Source: Leptogorgia sarmentosa (taxonomy: Eukaryota). From it: a stretch of 64,000 nt of DNA. Below the pieces are notes generated by a model. The model was not told the DNA's origin and ran no database searches. It saw only the letters and a program-made list of their open reading frames with translations. Below are positions 38,001 to 53,000 of the stretch, in pieces. The stretch's first letter is position 1; each line of letters opens with the position of its first letter. The position numbers and the translations under genes were made by a program. The stretch spans positions 9,796,001 to 9,860,000 of the forward strand of contig OZ210885.1 of NCBI GenBank assembly GCA_964658305.1, written 5' to 3'.

Positions 38001-41000
38001 TGATACACACAGACGACAATGACAAACACAACACGAGCGAAATATCAAAATATAAAATTTCTCACCACTCATTGTTTTGTTTTCAAGGTTTACATCGTCA
38101 TTCTGCATGGAACTAGTTGAAATTTTGTAATTACGATTGGTTATAAGAATACCAAAGGAATTCTTTTCATTACATGCAATTATCTTAGGAAATACAAATT
38201 AACGGCAATTAACGTAATTAATCTAGGAAAGCCTGCTATCCATTCAACTGTAGTTAACCACCGGTTTTCTGTCTTCATATCAGTGCAGAGCGTTGCAGAT
38301 AAGAACGTTTCTCATTAACTATTCCGATTTGCTTATTATACACGAGTATCTACAAGATTTTAATTTCCAGGTAAATCTGTTCTACGCAGAAATAGTAGTT
38401 TCTGAACATGGTGCAGTACTTGAAGCACAAAAATTAACAAGATTGAGGCTAGGTTCGTATGAATTTAGTAAAATCACGGTTAGTAGACCTAGATGGTTAG
38501 GCTAGCGGCGAAACTTCAAAGAGGGCGGCAAATGATGTTGGGGATCAAAGAGAAAAATATCACGTGATGCGAAGTGTTCATCGAGCGAGCTTCGCAACGT
38601 GTAATTTGATACTTCCGAGGAGTGGTTTGACACAATCAAAAGCGTTTTGTTTGCTTTATAGCTTCTGAAGCCGGTCTAAAATTTTTGTTTCTAGTTATGG
38701 AGCGTGAAATGAATGTTAATCTTGAGGTTAGCCAACATTCAGAAGAAAAATTAGCGGATGAGGCAGAGGAACGTCGCTTGGAGTGTGACAGCGAGGATGA
38801 GATTTCAGAAGTTGGTGATTTATATCATATGAATATTTCTGTCGATCTTGCCAATCGTGATCTTACTGAGGCTGACGTTACAGAAGTAGATCAAGAGTTT
38901 ATTCATGCTTTGGTTGAAATCGAAGGTCAGAAAGAATTTCCTTGCACGAAGTGTGGTAAAATATGTAAATCGAAAGGTGGACTAACGAGACATAGCAACT
39001 CGAAACATAGAGGCGAAAGTGTTGATTCGGGTTCACGTGTAAAGACAGGTCTTTGTCAAGCTACAACGGCTTCGATTGTGGAAACAATAAAAAACAATAT
39101 AACACAAGAAAATATATATGGCGATGAAATAAACACTAGCTTAAAAACGTTATCAGCGGGTGAAGCTTTGTTCGAAGCTATTTTGCCATTGTATGAAACA
39201 TTTATTACCAAGAAAAATCAAGACAAGCTGCTCGAGGATTTCTATGGCTTAATACCGAGATCATGAGAATTTTTCAACTGTGGGGACTTCAAAGTAGCAA
39301 ACCTGATTATGATTCACATTCCAGATCATTTAGTTGGCTTTTCTAACATAAGCCAAATGAGAGATAAAGGAGAATCTAGCTCTGGTGCTGAACAACCTGT
39401 CAAAATCAATCCAGCTGGACTTGGGCTTTCCTATGTTGGTGGGTATGTTGTCTCACAACTGTTCAAAAAGAACAAAGGAAAGCCTAGCCCACAAAATGAG
39501 GAACTTCAAGCATTACTGCAGAATATGAAATCTGCAGAGTCGAACAGTTTCATATCAGCCCGGACAAGAGGTGGCTTGGTCACACCATGCAATGATTTGG
39601 TAGGAATCTTAGAGGAAGCCGAAGTCCTTTTTAGAAGCGAAATTAGCAAATCCAAACTGGTTCTAAGGAATATACCTACTGACAAGGTATGCCTTTCTAC
39701 GCTGGAGTCCCCCACAATAAAATCATTGTGGGATAACATTGTACTCGCATCCGGGATAAATTCAGGTAGTTCTACTACAAAATTATGTTTGGAAAACGTT
39801 GTCAAACTTTATTTGAAAGTAAGATCTTTTTCCTATGCTAAAGATTATGTAGTGAAATATAAGATGAGAGAAAAGGAAGTGAAAAAAAGGGCACTTAGAA
39901 AGACATGAAACAAAAATCTGATGGGAAATCTGATGGGAAATGAACTGTATGTAAATAGTGTAAATAGTAGAGGAACCATGTATTAAATAAGAACTTTTAT
40001 TAGGGAAATACTGAACGTACCATGTTTTAATAAAGCTTTTTAAATATATCTTTTGCTGGCCTGGATTTTACAAAATTGAAATACTGTACTTTCAGTGGCA
40101 GAAATTCACATTTCAATAGTGAATTGACAATAGATATATCATTTGTTACTGTAATTAGCATCATGTTTATTCAAATCATTCTGAGCTTTCTACATTCCTT
40201 TAATGAAATCAGAATTACTGTACTCACTTCTGTGAAAGACAAAGGAAAACTCAGAACAATTTTTCAAAATTCAAATGCTTACACACAAATCAACTTTCTA
40301 TTTAGATAATATAATCACTCCTTTTTCTTTCTCTTATGCACTGGTTCGTCACTGACTTTGTACCACTTCTCTTTCCCATAACGACCACCAACATTACCAC
40401 GTACAACCGGTGCAATATCCCTTTGTGCTGCAATGGTGAGGTCATTATAACCAGATTGTTGTGCTGTTGGGTTGTCTGACCGTCCACCTTTTGCTCTTTG
40501 GTGCCCAAAGTAGTCTTCAACTACATCCTGCATAAATCTCTCGCTGAGAACGTATTGAAATCCCTGAGCAAGCAAGAACTAAATTGCCTCAATATGGGAG
40601 TAGACAGAGATCTTGAGACCCTCGTATGTCTGAGTGGAAAGAAACATCTTCCCTCTGTCGTTAGCGGGGAATTCGCCATCTCTTGTCATTGTCGAATCTT
40701 TCCAACTATCCAGGTACGCCAAGAACACATCTTTCAGCCAGCTGAATCGCTCATCATCTGGGGAGGTGTATGGCTTGATGAATTGATTTCTTTTACTGAC
40801 ATGTTCAGTCATTGATCTCACATTTGTGCAGTCAAAGAAATCATTCATCATTTTGCAGAAATTTGCTGTTGCAAGGACATCACCATCTCCACTTTCTTCC
40901 AGTGCTATAGCAACAGATGTACTTAAGACTTGGGTAGCCAACTTCACCTAATAAATAAAAAATCAATGCAATTAATTATTTGCAACCATACAGTATATTT

Positions 41001-44000
41001 TACAACAATGACAGTTTGTTGTTACTCATTTGCTTATTCTCGTGTTTGTAATTAGGGAGGAAATAAATAAAAAGAGTAACAAGAAAAATGCCTTATTAAT
41101 ATCCAAATACATTGCCCATCTGCTAGACGTATTTTACTAGAGTTCCTAAATAGTACGGTATTATTAATTACCTTCATCTTACTGTACGGCGTAAGAACAA
41201 TATGATCCAACGTCAGCTTGGGAAGAGTGTGGAGAGCAAACTGTTGGTCGCTGTAGTACAGATTTGCAATGTGCCTGAATAAAAGATACTTCCCATCATT
41301 CCACATGTAACGGCTACATGAACCAGACCCAGAATTGTATAAGCAGTTCCTTGCAGTTTTTATCAAATGAGGGGAATCTGCAAAAAAGTAGATGGACCGT
41401 AACATTGCAAAAAGATTTGGTGTCTTGTATACAATATCACACTTCAGGTCAGCTGCTAATTTGGCATGGTGGCGGAAGAACTTGCGGTTCGGAGAAGCAC
41501 CATCATTTACTGCAGCACACACCCACAGCTTCAGCGATATCTCCAGAGTAGAAACCACTTTCCAGAAAATGGGCATTAACTGGAATGATGTGACATTTCC
41601 TGTAAAGAAATATGCAATGACATGTTTTAAGTCAGTGCACATTCCTCTTACAAGAAATGCCAACGCATGACTGACCAAGGCATCTTCTTCTTGGAGGTTG
41701 CAAAGTTGGTCATCGGAACCCCAAGATCAATAAATCCAATCAAATCCCCAGAATAATTATCAAAGACAAGATTTGATTGGATTTTCATTTCATCCATGAC
41801 AACCACAACATATCTCTGCATATCATTGAAGTTGGCAGTTTTTCCTCGCAAATCTTCAATGTTCTCACTGTTGATTCCTGCCTTTGGCCTGAAATAGTTT
41901 TTGCAGTCCCTTAGAACTCTCTCGCTTGGTAAAATTAATGCACCACTATCTCTCAGTTCCCGATATGCTGATGGCAACTTTCCATGAAGGGACAAAGCAA
42001 ATCTGATGATCTGAGGATCTCTGATATCTCCTTCCCATTTTCTTGGCTTGCAGAAGCTTCATTTGCTCTTGCCAGAAGAACTTCATACCGTATGTGGAGT
42101 AGCTTCCAGATTTTGCCCTGCCATTATTTTGAGAAGGTCTTTCTCCAGCGAATCGCTAACACTCACTCCCGATCATTAATTTTTCTTTCCAACTTTTCCA
42201 GCTGATCTTCTAATGTCTTACACTTCAGTCTCGTCTCGATAACAGTAGCACGTAACTTTTCAGGCCCACATGCACTCAGGGATGCCTTGCTTCTGGCTGG
42301 AGTTGATGATGCCCTTGACTTTTTTCTTTTTGCTCTCTCCAGCATACTTCTAGCACTTGAGCATGGGCGACAAGATTCGTCTTCAGGGTTAGAAGTGTCC
42401 ACAACTACTCGACAATCACCAGAACGATAGTTAACAGACACCTCAAAATGGGTTGGGGATAAACGTTTGGGGACTGAATGTCGGATAACTGTCCCTGGAA
42501 GTTGTTGGGTGATGTCAGAGGTTGGGTCAACGGCCACCGATTTTGTCAGATGATCTTCAGGCAATCCATCACACAAGCTGGAGTTCTCAACTAACGACAG
42601 AAGTTCCTTAACCCCCTCACCTCTAATTGAGTGTAAATGGCGTGATCCTCTGGCAGGGGCCAATGGAATACCATAACAGTGAATTCCAATGCTGAATTTA
42701 CACTAACAGTGTAGTTGGCAATACTGTGAACACCATCACACAACTTAAATTGCATGTCACCGTTTTCCATCTTTTCTGATTCCCATGGGGCAAATGACTC
42801 TTTATCTAGCTGTTCTAGCAACGACAACGACGGCGAAGCAGAAGTAGATGGTTTAACTTCGGCCAGGAGAGGGGTTCGTACCAGGGTTCGCCGTTCTTTT
42901 GTCTCTATTTCATGGCTTCTCTTCGGTAAATTTTCGGTCGGAACGCTGCCAGTAACAAGAATTTTTCTTTTCGGATCTAAAGATAGGTATACATATTTGC
43001 ATAAGAGACATATTAACATTCGTATAAACACTATAAAGAGTTCTTTGTTCTACGACGTCATGTGGTCATTGTGCCATGTCGCATTTGAATATCAAGCGCA
43101 AATATCAACTCAAACTTACTTGTTAAAATGCAATCTGGCTTGAAATGCAGCTCGCAAACATAGAGATTGCTCGCCTCGATACGTTTCTTTAACTCCGCCG
43201 TCAATTCTCTTGTTCGCAATATTAGTCGAAGCCATTCTTCTCTTGCTTTTGTCTTCAATGCAACAGTATGTTCGCTATCGTCATTGCGAGTAGCCGGTAT
43301 TTTGAACAAAGAAAGCCCGTGTTTTTGGCTTGTTGGGCAGCCAAAAAAGGCGCAATTACGCCCAGGCATGTATTTAAGATTTCAATTTCAATATATAATT
43401 CAAACAGCGCCAGAACAGAGTGATTTTCTCGAAGAGATTGTAAAGCCGATTTGTGTCGCTGTATATAATATAGCTATAAATATCGACGCGCGGTGTTGAA
43501 TGATGAAAAGTTCGCCTCACGTGACACTTATAAACAATGAACAATAACATATTTGTCACGTGACCCAGCTAGCCTAACCATCTAGGTCTACTAACCGTGG
43601 AAAAATGAAAATGAATTTACTGAAATGAAATGAAAACGAGATCGTCCGCAACCTATTTATAAGAAAGCTGGCCCAAATAGGCAATTTGAACTATACCTGT
43701 GACAGAAAAGCACTGTGTGTGAAGATTCCAAACTTTGAAAGTTCCATCTTCAGATGCACAAACACACCTAGACTCACCACGTGCACGAGCGATTGCAATA
43801 TCTGTAACGTCATTTGAATGATCAGAGAAACTGTTTTGTTCCATGTACGCAGCAGTTCCCAGGTTCCAAACCCTGATACTTCCATCCAATGACGCTGTCA
43901 ATACCTTCTTTGCATTGGGAATTATTGCAACACCGCTGAAATATTACAAGTTGATTGTTTATTACTAATAAATGAGATTATTGATTGTTTAAGAAACCAA

Positions 44001-47000
44001 TGTTATCAAAATATGCTGTATAATTTTTCATACATGATCAGGGAAATATGTCGTATTCATCAAATTTTAGTGCAAATAATAAAAACTACATCTATGGGCA
44101 CTTTATTTTTTGCAAAAATCTCTCTTTAAGAAGTCTTTCTTTATTTTTTGCAAAAATCTTTCTTTCATTAAGAAGATAGATAGATAGATAAAACCTCTAT
44201 TTATACAGGGAGTCCCGTCAGTAATGAAAATTACTGTTAACAATGGGAACCCTATAGACATATTGTGTAGTTCAGTACTACAGATTATAACGAAAGCAAC
44301 AATACAAGATAGAGTAATGATAGATGTACAACAGGTAAAATTATGTTGCATTGGATGTCATACGCTTCGGACTAAATTTTAGTCTAAGCAAGATGAACAA
44401 AATCTTTCACCAGTTAGTAATACTGCAAAATTCAATCGCAAAAGGTTGCAAAGTACGGAAAATACAGTCCTTTAAAGTTGACAAATTTGTATACTTTTTG
44501 TATTTGCGTGAATTTTATATAGTAGCTAATTTAATTATAATTTTCAGCGCCCGTGATACAAATGGATACCAATCTGCAACTTCGCACGGCTATATTTTCC
44601 GTAATTAGCATTTTCCGCATTCAACACCCAGGAAGCGGGCGAGTAGGCCGGGCAGGCCACTGCACCCACCCCCTCCAATAACTTGCCAGAATTCTGGTAA
44701 CGATCTTTTTGTAAAAATGAAATATATGAAGGAATCTAGACTTCAACAAGATTTAATAGGTCTCTCCCCAAACCCGCCTAGAGCGTAATCACTAATATGC
44801 ATTTTCAAGCGCCCAATCGTGAGTTCTTTTTGATGGGCATTGTATTATCCAACATTTCACAACCAAACATTTAGTTTTTCTAATTTTGATAACGTCACAA
44901 AATGTCCTTCGTTTATCCCTCATTAAAATCTTTCTAAAGCGCAAGTCGTCCATTGCAAATAAGCTTAATGTATGTAGCACGACTATAGCCGGGAGCCGCC
45001 AATTAGTATAATGGTGTAATAAATAGAAATTCTTATATGACTGAAAATTAATTTCATGGAGTTCATGCTCGCTATCTTTTCAAGTAATCAAAAACCGATT
45101 TCAGGAAGCAGTACGTCTTAGTCTGACTGTGAAATATTGTATTAAATGTATACAATGGATAAGACAGAATATGGAGCGTCTTAAGCTTAATGTTATATAT
45201 TGGCTCTTCGTTATTGCCTTGCCATATAACGATCCTTTCGAGAAAATAGCGGTAAATTAAATAGTTCCTAGAGTGAACCCACCTGATGTACCGGGTATGA
45301 CCTTCATAACAGGAAAGGGACTTTCCAGTGTGGAAACACCACAACCTAACACTTCCTCTGTCATCTCCAGAGATAATATTCTTTTTATCATCGCTCACAG
45401 CAATACATGTAACATGAGATTTAAGGGTACGAATTTCCTGATACGTTTTTAAATCCCAAATTTTTATTGTCCCATCGTATGAAGCAGACACGAGCATTGG
45501 ATTGTTTTTTCCTGAATCTAAACGAGAAACTTCGCACTTTAGTCGAACTGGCACAAACAACTAGGGAAAGCAAAGTAAATGATATCCTAAATATATTCAA
45601 TAACTCGATCGTTGACAGGAGAAATTTTCATATAATGCATTCTGCATGTCCAGGCAATGGATTCTGCAGCAATCCATATACAGAAATTAGATTTTGTTAA
45701 TACCGTTAGGATATTGAAGAGAAATTGACGCAAAAAGAAATTCCAATGTGTCAGGATAAACTTGAAATACTCAAAATATGCCCGAACCGTCTGGCACGTA
45801 CAATAGTCATGATCACGAATGAATTGTGCAAAGTAACATTATTCTTCTAGTTAGTTTTGCATAAGCATAATGTTAAAGCTCATTACGACCGCGAGGAGGT
45901 TATGTAATCATCCTGGTTTGTTTGTGAAATATCGAACATCTTGCACAATTGTTTGCCATTACACAAGGAAGAGATGATTACATTTTGGTTCAATTTGGCT
46001 GAGAATCAAGCAAAACATTTATGAAAAAAAACTTTCGTTCCTTTATTTTTAATGCGTAATGAAGTTAATTGATATTCTGGATGTGTTGTGTGAATTAGTA
46101 TATTTACGGTACCAAATTTGGGTGAAAATTTATTAAGCCCCCACCATCTACTTAGTCCCCTCTTCAGTCAAGCGGCCACCTGAAAGCAGGAAAACATAAA
46201 TATCCCCCAAGGGGCTAAATAGAGGAAATACGGTAGTCTTTCTTGAAGCTGCTTGAAAAGTTAATTTCGCAATACGTGTTTAATTGGAATTTATACAAAA
46301 CAAATTTCCTTCTCGTTTAATAAAAATACATAGGAAATACGTAGTCGTAATCAACGTTTAATTTGGGCCGCAAAGTTCTAAAAGTTTGTTGAAGTTATTT
46401 CCTAATTTTATGATAATATAAGTGTTAAAACTAAGTTTGACTTCTGAAAAGTCTAAAAAGTTTTTTCCTGAGGAAATATTCGAGTACCTAAATTTATAAT
46501 TGCTATTTCAATCTATATCAATACTATGTACTGTAAAGGTACTGAAAAGTCTAATGAAAGATCGTAAGAACTCTGCGTTGGTGCAATTGCTCAAAACCAG
46601 AGTGTAACAGTACTGAACAGTACGTACACTGTAGCATGTACCGCAATGGGAAATTTTCATTGCTGCATTACATCATTATTAGTTTGCACATGTATTCATA
46701 CTTATGTTTGGGAACATAACTGTGTTTAACTGCTCTTAACTGTTGCCTAACTGCTCTTTCATGTCACTGAGTAGCTGTGAAAATTGACTGATTAAATTCA
46801 ATTATTACCACATTTATTCAAGCAACTAACCTACCAAGTTCTAACAGTACAGCACAATGTTTGTCACAACAATTATAAAACAGGTCAAACTATATCAATT
46901 TTGTCTGTTGGAATAAGAGGGTCTGAAGACAACAAGGAACAAGATAAGTCAAACGACACCTGGCTATATATCTTGGCAATGGACAGTATATCTAAAACAA

Positions 47001-50000
47001 TATTACTTTACAAACAACATTCATGTTGGCTTCCATTTGTTACTTTATCTATATAATTGTATTTTATAGATAAAGATATAGATATATATTTTATAGATAT
47101 AGATATAAATTTTATATATAAATATGTCCTTTATCATACAATTGTTCTTGTATACAGTATCCCCATGAACTGCATTTCAGAGCAGCGGCGTAGGATGGTG
47201 GGGCACTTGGAAGGAGCCCCCCCAAACTTTCACGGTTAGAAGAAAAAGTGTCCTTTTAGAAAAGAAAGTGCCCTTCTTTCATGCCTAGGATTTGTACAGC
47301 TTTCTGATAGACATGAGAATTTGCCCAAATGTACTAAAATATTTTGTAGGATTCCATCATTCACTAGCTTTTATATGTTTTTTTTTCCAAATGCTGCCTT
47401 GCTGATTGCAAGTTGCAAATACAGTAATAAGTTTTCCAAACCACAAATATCATGTCTTCTTGTTGCTAAGTTATCGAAAGTTAAAGTTGAAACTTACTTA
47501 AAGTTGCAACATTTAATAGTAAAGATTTGGATTCTGTTCTCCCTGTGCCTCCCCCCCCCCCGCCCCCCCAAACTACAACTTGATTCGTATGCCCTTGTTT
47601 CAGAGCTTGCTTCTACTTTTAGGGCAGACTATTATTACTTACAAGAGGTCTAAACGCTAATAAAATATACAATACCCGGCCTAAATGCCAAGTCTTTCGA
47701 ATCTACTTGTACAGTATCACAATTTATACATTAAGGTCTGCGACACAGGGTAATCAGTTGAAATATACACACACAAGCAAATTGTCTCAAAGTATATTTA
47801 GAAAGCTAGCATAGATAAATCTAGTGGCCATTTTAAAATACTCTTAGCATATACAAATACAACCAGCCTAAAAATTTGAAAGAAATCAGAAAGTCCTAAA
47901 ATAGGGCTTGTACATGAACGCACTGGCTACCACCATACTAACATTTAAGCAAAGACATTGCTTTCTTTCTAGGCATAATTTTTCATTACAATATTAGAAT
48001 GCTGTTGCAAGCAGGTATTTTTGTGCAATAATTGGGAAAATTTATTCCAAAACATGATATTTCCCTCCAATCATTGCTTTATTGAAACATTAAGGAAGTT
48101 TATAATAAAGAATATGTTTTATCCGAAAGAAATAACAAATATTATTCTGAAGAGACTCTATTGAAGTAAGATCTTCAAAATGTTATGAAATATTAACTCA
48201 TACAATATTGCATACCTGTTGCGACAACGCATCTCACCCAATCTGTATGGCCAACCAAACTGGCCTCAAAATTTAGTGTATCGGCTTTCCACAACTTGAT
48301 AGTCTTGTCATGATATCCAACAGTAGCAATGAACTGTCCATCTTTGGTCGTACACAGCAACTCGACTCCCTCAGGAATACTTGTTGAGAGGTTTTCTCCG
48401 GTAGATACACAATACACTTTCAGCCCTACAACGCATGATGGATACTCGTCAGACTGATGTTTCAATAATGTCTAACCCTAGACGATTTTTTGAAATCTTG
48501 TTTTTAATTGTGTCCCTCTCCGGCGCTGAACATGCTCTGGCTGTTGCTGGCTTATGTTTTTACACTGCGTTTCACTGCGCTCTACACGACGTTTACTGTT
48601 AACCGCTGGTTTGAAGATACGCAGTCGCTGGAATCCTCAAACCAGCTGTTGCAATTATTGTTTGAATATGAACAATTTGTACTTTTGGCGAAGGTTGAGA
48701 GGTGCTACTCAAACAGACGTATCTGGTTTTCCCAGGAAATCATTTTACTGCATCTACGTTGTAAAACTGCTGTTCCTGGCATCAAAAAAAAAAAAATTAG
48801 TGAACATGGTCCAATCACACGATGCGATGCCGTTTGTAAATTTCATAAACCCACCCTCTACCATAGCTACATTGTTGTCAAATTGTATGCATTGTACAGG
48901 GCATCCATACCAGTGGTACTGTTGGTAAAACTTGGTTACAGATCGTGAAAGTTACATCCGTAAAGCAAGGGCCATGTATGGCAGTTGGGCTTCGTTCAAA
49001 ATAATGAAAATATACTTTGTTTTCAAATGTAGTCGATTATGTACAACAGGTTACAGGTACGAGTTCAGATAAAATGGTTGAAATGTACGAAGGATTAACA
49101 ACGAGCTTTCTTTCTCTCCAACCCGTTTCCGAAATTTGAAATACAAATTTTTAATTCTTTTTTTTCACTGAGTATATACCGCACGAATAAAGACAAACAC
49201 CATTGAAATCCTAGTAAAATGATCTTTCGAACGGTGGGTCGCATGTTAGTTAAACACAACACAAAAAAAAATAAAGATTGATCGTCGGAAACGTAAGGCA
49301 TTAGCATCTATCTGAGAAAAACAGAATCCAATATGTTGAAATCCATGTCCTTATTTCTCCCTGAAGCAGCATATTCATGAAACCTGTTTTATGTTCGTGT
49401 TATTTGCACATATAAAAACATTTTTACAAGCTTTTCTGTAATTGTCAAAAATTTCCGCACGCGCACGTCATTTACTAAAACAGGATAAATCAGGTTGCGC
49501 AATAGTCTGAAACACGTGGAAAACATGCCTTTGATTACGTAGGGTGCGCTATTCGTATGTTTTTCAGTCTTGGATAAACTCACTTCTGGTTTATTCGCAC
49601 GCGACATAAAAACACGACAGGTGTCCCAGGAATTTCGCCCCCCCCCCTCCCCCCACCCAGCCAATTATAGTCATTGGGCGAATTCGACCTAAATTAATAT
49701 GGTGTGGGAGAGAAAGAGTACTTTTCGTAAGTAATACATTTTTCTAAAATGTATTAACGATTATTCTGAATTTCACATATTCGTTACGAAGCACAAGTTG
49801 AATACATACAGTGAATATATAACTCACTGTGATGACTGCGTCGCTATTTAGAGTGTACTCCCACTCAAATATGGAACGTATTTAAAATAAGAACTGAAAC
49901 AATATGCATCAATCCGCTTCATAAACGTTCTTGTATTAAAATGTGAAGCCAATTTTTTTAGTAAATAGCGATGTACACAGTGGCGTAACTACTAGGGGCC

Positions 50001-53000
50001 CAACCTGGCCGGGGGCCCTGGGAAGAGGTTTCTTCAGAGCCGTGGCTAATGTGAAATTCAAATATTTTTTATTGAAACTGAAGATGCAAAAAAGTTCGAA
50101 GTTAACAAAATGTTTGATATCATTCAGTAGCTAGCTGAAACAATTTTGTTGCCTTTTAAATTGTGCTTGGATGTTGACAGTATGTTAATTGTTGTATATT
50201 ACAGTCAAACTTTTACTGTTGTCATTGTTTCTGCTTTATAGGAACTTATTTTAGTGTGCTTCTTCTTACGGAACGTTTTTGCCTTTTGGGTATAATTGAA
50301 GCTGCAGAAGAGATGTTAAATAGCTATAATATGTTCGATAAGAAATAGCAGAATTAAAATGCATATCATATGCAGAATTCAGGAGAATATTTCGTAGAGC
50401 TAGCATAGTAAAAATGTGAAGCTAAGAAGTATTATTATGAGGCCATCCACAACAGTTCAACCGAGGGCCGACACTGGAGATTTACGCCGCTGAATTTGCA
50501 ACGTAAAACAAACATTTTGTGAACGTACTTTCAAGTATTTTTATTTGAAGAAAAAATAATTATTTTCATTTAATAAAAGTATTCCAATATTCAATTTGGT
50601 ACCGGCGGGGTAACATATTTCCGAAAGTATGATCATTTGCGGAGTTATTTGACAAACACAATATGAAAAGGATTTAATTTTTTCTCCAATGGCATCGTTG
50701 CTGGCGTTCCTTCAGAACCGTTAAATCCGTACACGTCAGCAAAATCTTATTTCTTATCGAAACTCGCGCACTTTCATACTAACTTTTAAGCAGAGCGGAA
50801 GTCGAGAAAACGTTTATGCAAATTTTCGTTTACCTATTCTGAGCAACATTTTGATATCCTTGTTTGATTTGTGTTTAAGATGCTTACCATCGTCTGTTCC
50901 AATAAACACTCGCTGATCATCTGCACTGAAATCCAGATCATTAACAACACTCTCCCCTTGGAACACAAAAAGCTGTTCATAATTCTTCATTCCCCAAAGG
51001 ATTGTACTTCGGTCCCACGACCCTGACGCTAGTGTTGTTCCACTTTGTGACACAGCCAAACAGCTAACTTCCTTAGAATGTCCCAGTAGTTGTTGAACTT
51101 CTCTACCTATTTATAAAATAAGATAGCACATATATAAAAGGGTGTAATAGGTAATTTTCACTCACATCGTTACTACATTGGGAGTATTTTTCAAAACATT
51201 GCGGCGATAAAATAAATTATTGAGACAAGTAACAACATTAACTATCCCATCAGCTACACTCTGTTTACACCGCTAACTTCCATTTATACTATTACGTCCC
51301 TATAGCAACTTAAACAGCAATGTAAGCGATAGACAAACACCGAAACGATCTTCAATACTAAAAACAAAATAACTGTAATTTTGCGAATTTACTGTGGCGT
51401 GTTTTACAGGCGTGTGTTTTCATTCGTTACATCTTGGGATTTCATAAAAGTATGCCCTCATCTTTGTTGTGCAAGTCCATAGATATAGGTATCGAGCCAA
51501 CTTGAACCCTTGGGTAAGACTCGCTACCGGTCCCTGTTGCCTCGATAACTAAAGTGGTAGAGTAACGGTTAATGCCGAACAGTTTACTGAAACTTATAAT
51601 ATATTTACTAGTGTTTGAAATTTAGTGGCTGATGTTGGCGGTAGAACAGAAAGTAGATAATTGGAAAGCATGCATGAAGCTATAAACAGGAAATATTCTA
51701 TACAGTGAATGCCAATGATTGCACATGAATGTTGTCCTACTTGTATTTGTAATTACTGAACTTTCACATTTTAAAATTGGCAGATATCATTTATGCATAC
51801 GATTTCTTAATAATTGTATATTTTATTGTTTAGAAGAAATAATATGTCACTCTGTCCGAATTGTTTTTTATACTTTTATTAATATGTTGCAGACAAAAGC
51901 ATTCCCTCCAGCCATTTGTGAGATTTTTTTATTTTTTACCCAGTAAACATTGATCCCGTTCAAGAAATGACTGAATATTTTACTATATGGATGAACATGT
52001 CTCTTTAAGTATCTAATCCAAATTTCAAATGTCATCATATGACGACGACTACTGTGCATGATTGTCTAATTTTCTAATGAATTATCAATTACTTTGAGTG
52101 TCAACCTTTGTTCCCTCACCCATATCAACTGCATATTAACTATATTCTCATTTCAATGAATAACCAAGATTAAAGCTTTTGTTTATTAGCTAACTTGAAA
52201 AAGGCAAGTATGAATATGTTTAAAATATAGTCATAATATATACGCTATAATTCAATTTATGTGCTTCCAAAACTGAAACTATTCTCAAAAACCGTGGCAG
52301 TAGGTTACAGGTCTAAAAAATTTGGATAATTATCCGTGTAACGAAATGAGATTTGGATGGCGTAATATTATTAATACTTAGTTATTTGCGCGAAATATGA
52401 CGTATGTATACAGGGGTTAATTTTACACTGCATCAATATAGTTTTTTTAAATTTTATCAAACTGTAACTATCACCAGACGTTTCTGTCTTTCCTAATAGA
52501 AAGACAACTGCATTGTGGATAAGTTAAAAAATGGTTTCACATTAATTTTGTAGGAGAGGATTGGGGATTTTAAGATCTACGACGTGACCAACTCGACGAC
52601 GACGAGCTTTCGAACAAACAAATTTTAATGCTGTACAAAAACCAAGCATAAACCGTGGTGTCTACGGCTTTTTTGTTATCAACGCAACGTAAAGCTATAA
52701 GCATTATCACGTCTTCAAAGCAACGTGAAGGTTGATTACAATGTGAGAGCTGTAACTTCAATTTGACTACACAGCAACGATCGCACTGCTTTAGCTGAAT
52801 CTGTGTAACTGTTTCTTGAAAAAATTCCAACATCTATTCAAAGCATAAAAAGGTCAGCACTCATTTTCAAGCTGAAATTTAGACCCCGTTGTCGAGTTTG
52901 TAGCGTTGTAGATCCCGAGCGGATCAATTATTTGCCGATTTCGAAAAGCGAAGCAGGCAAGTAATCTGAGAACAACCAATAATATATAACTGAAGCAAAG

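Larger units (their letters stand above)
38475..43599 (-). mobile_element. P-element-superfamily transposon (5.1 kb) with two convergent genes
   Basis: Perfect 32-bp TIR CACGGTTAGTAGACCTAGATGGTTAGGCTAGC (38475-38506 / 43568-43599), CA..TG ends, 7-bp TSD GTAAAAT/GAAAAAT. Confidence 0.93.

Noticed and set aside
48430..48948. Overlapping + strand ORFs of 146 and 124 aa and a candidate longer exon
   Set aside because: No recognisable motifs; all minus-strand frames from the 48775 acceptor hit stops; the exon splices in phase at 48425.
51535..51570. tRNA-like CTCGATAACTAAAGTGGTAGAG
   Set aside because: Only an A-box-like remnant, no cloverleaf; probably a SINE or repeat relic.
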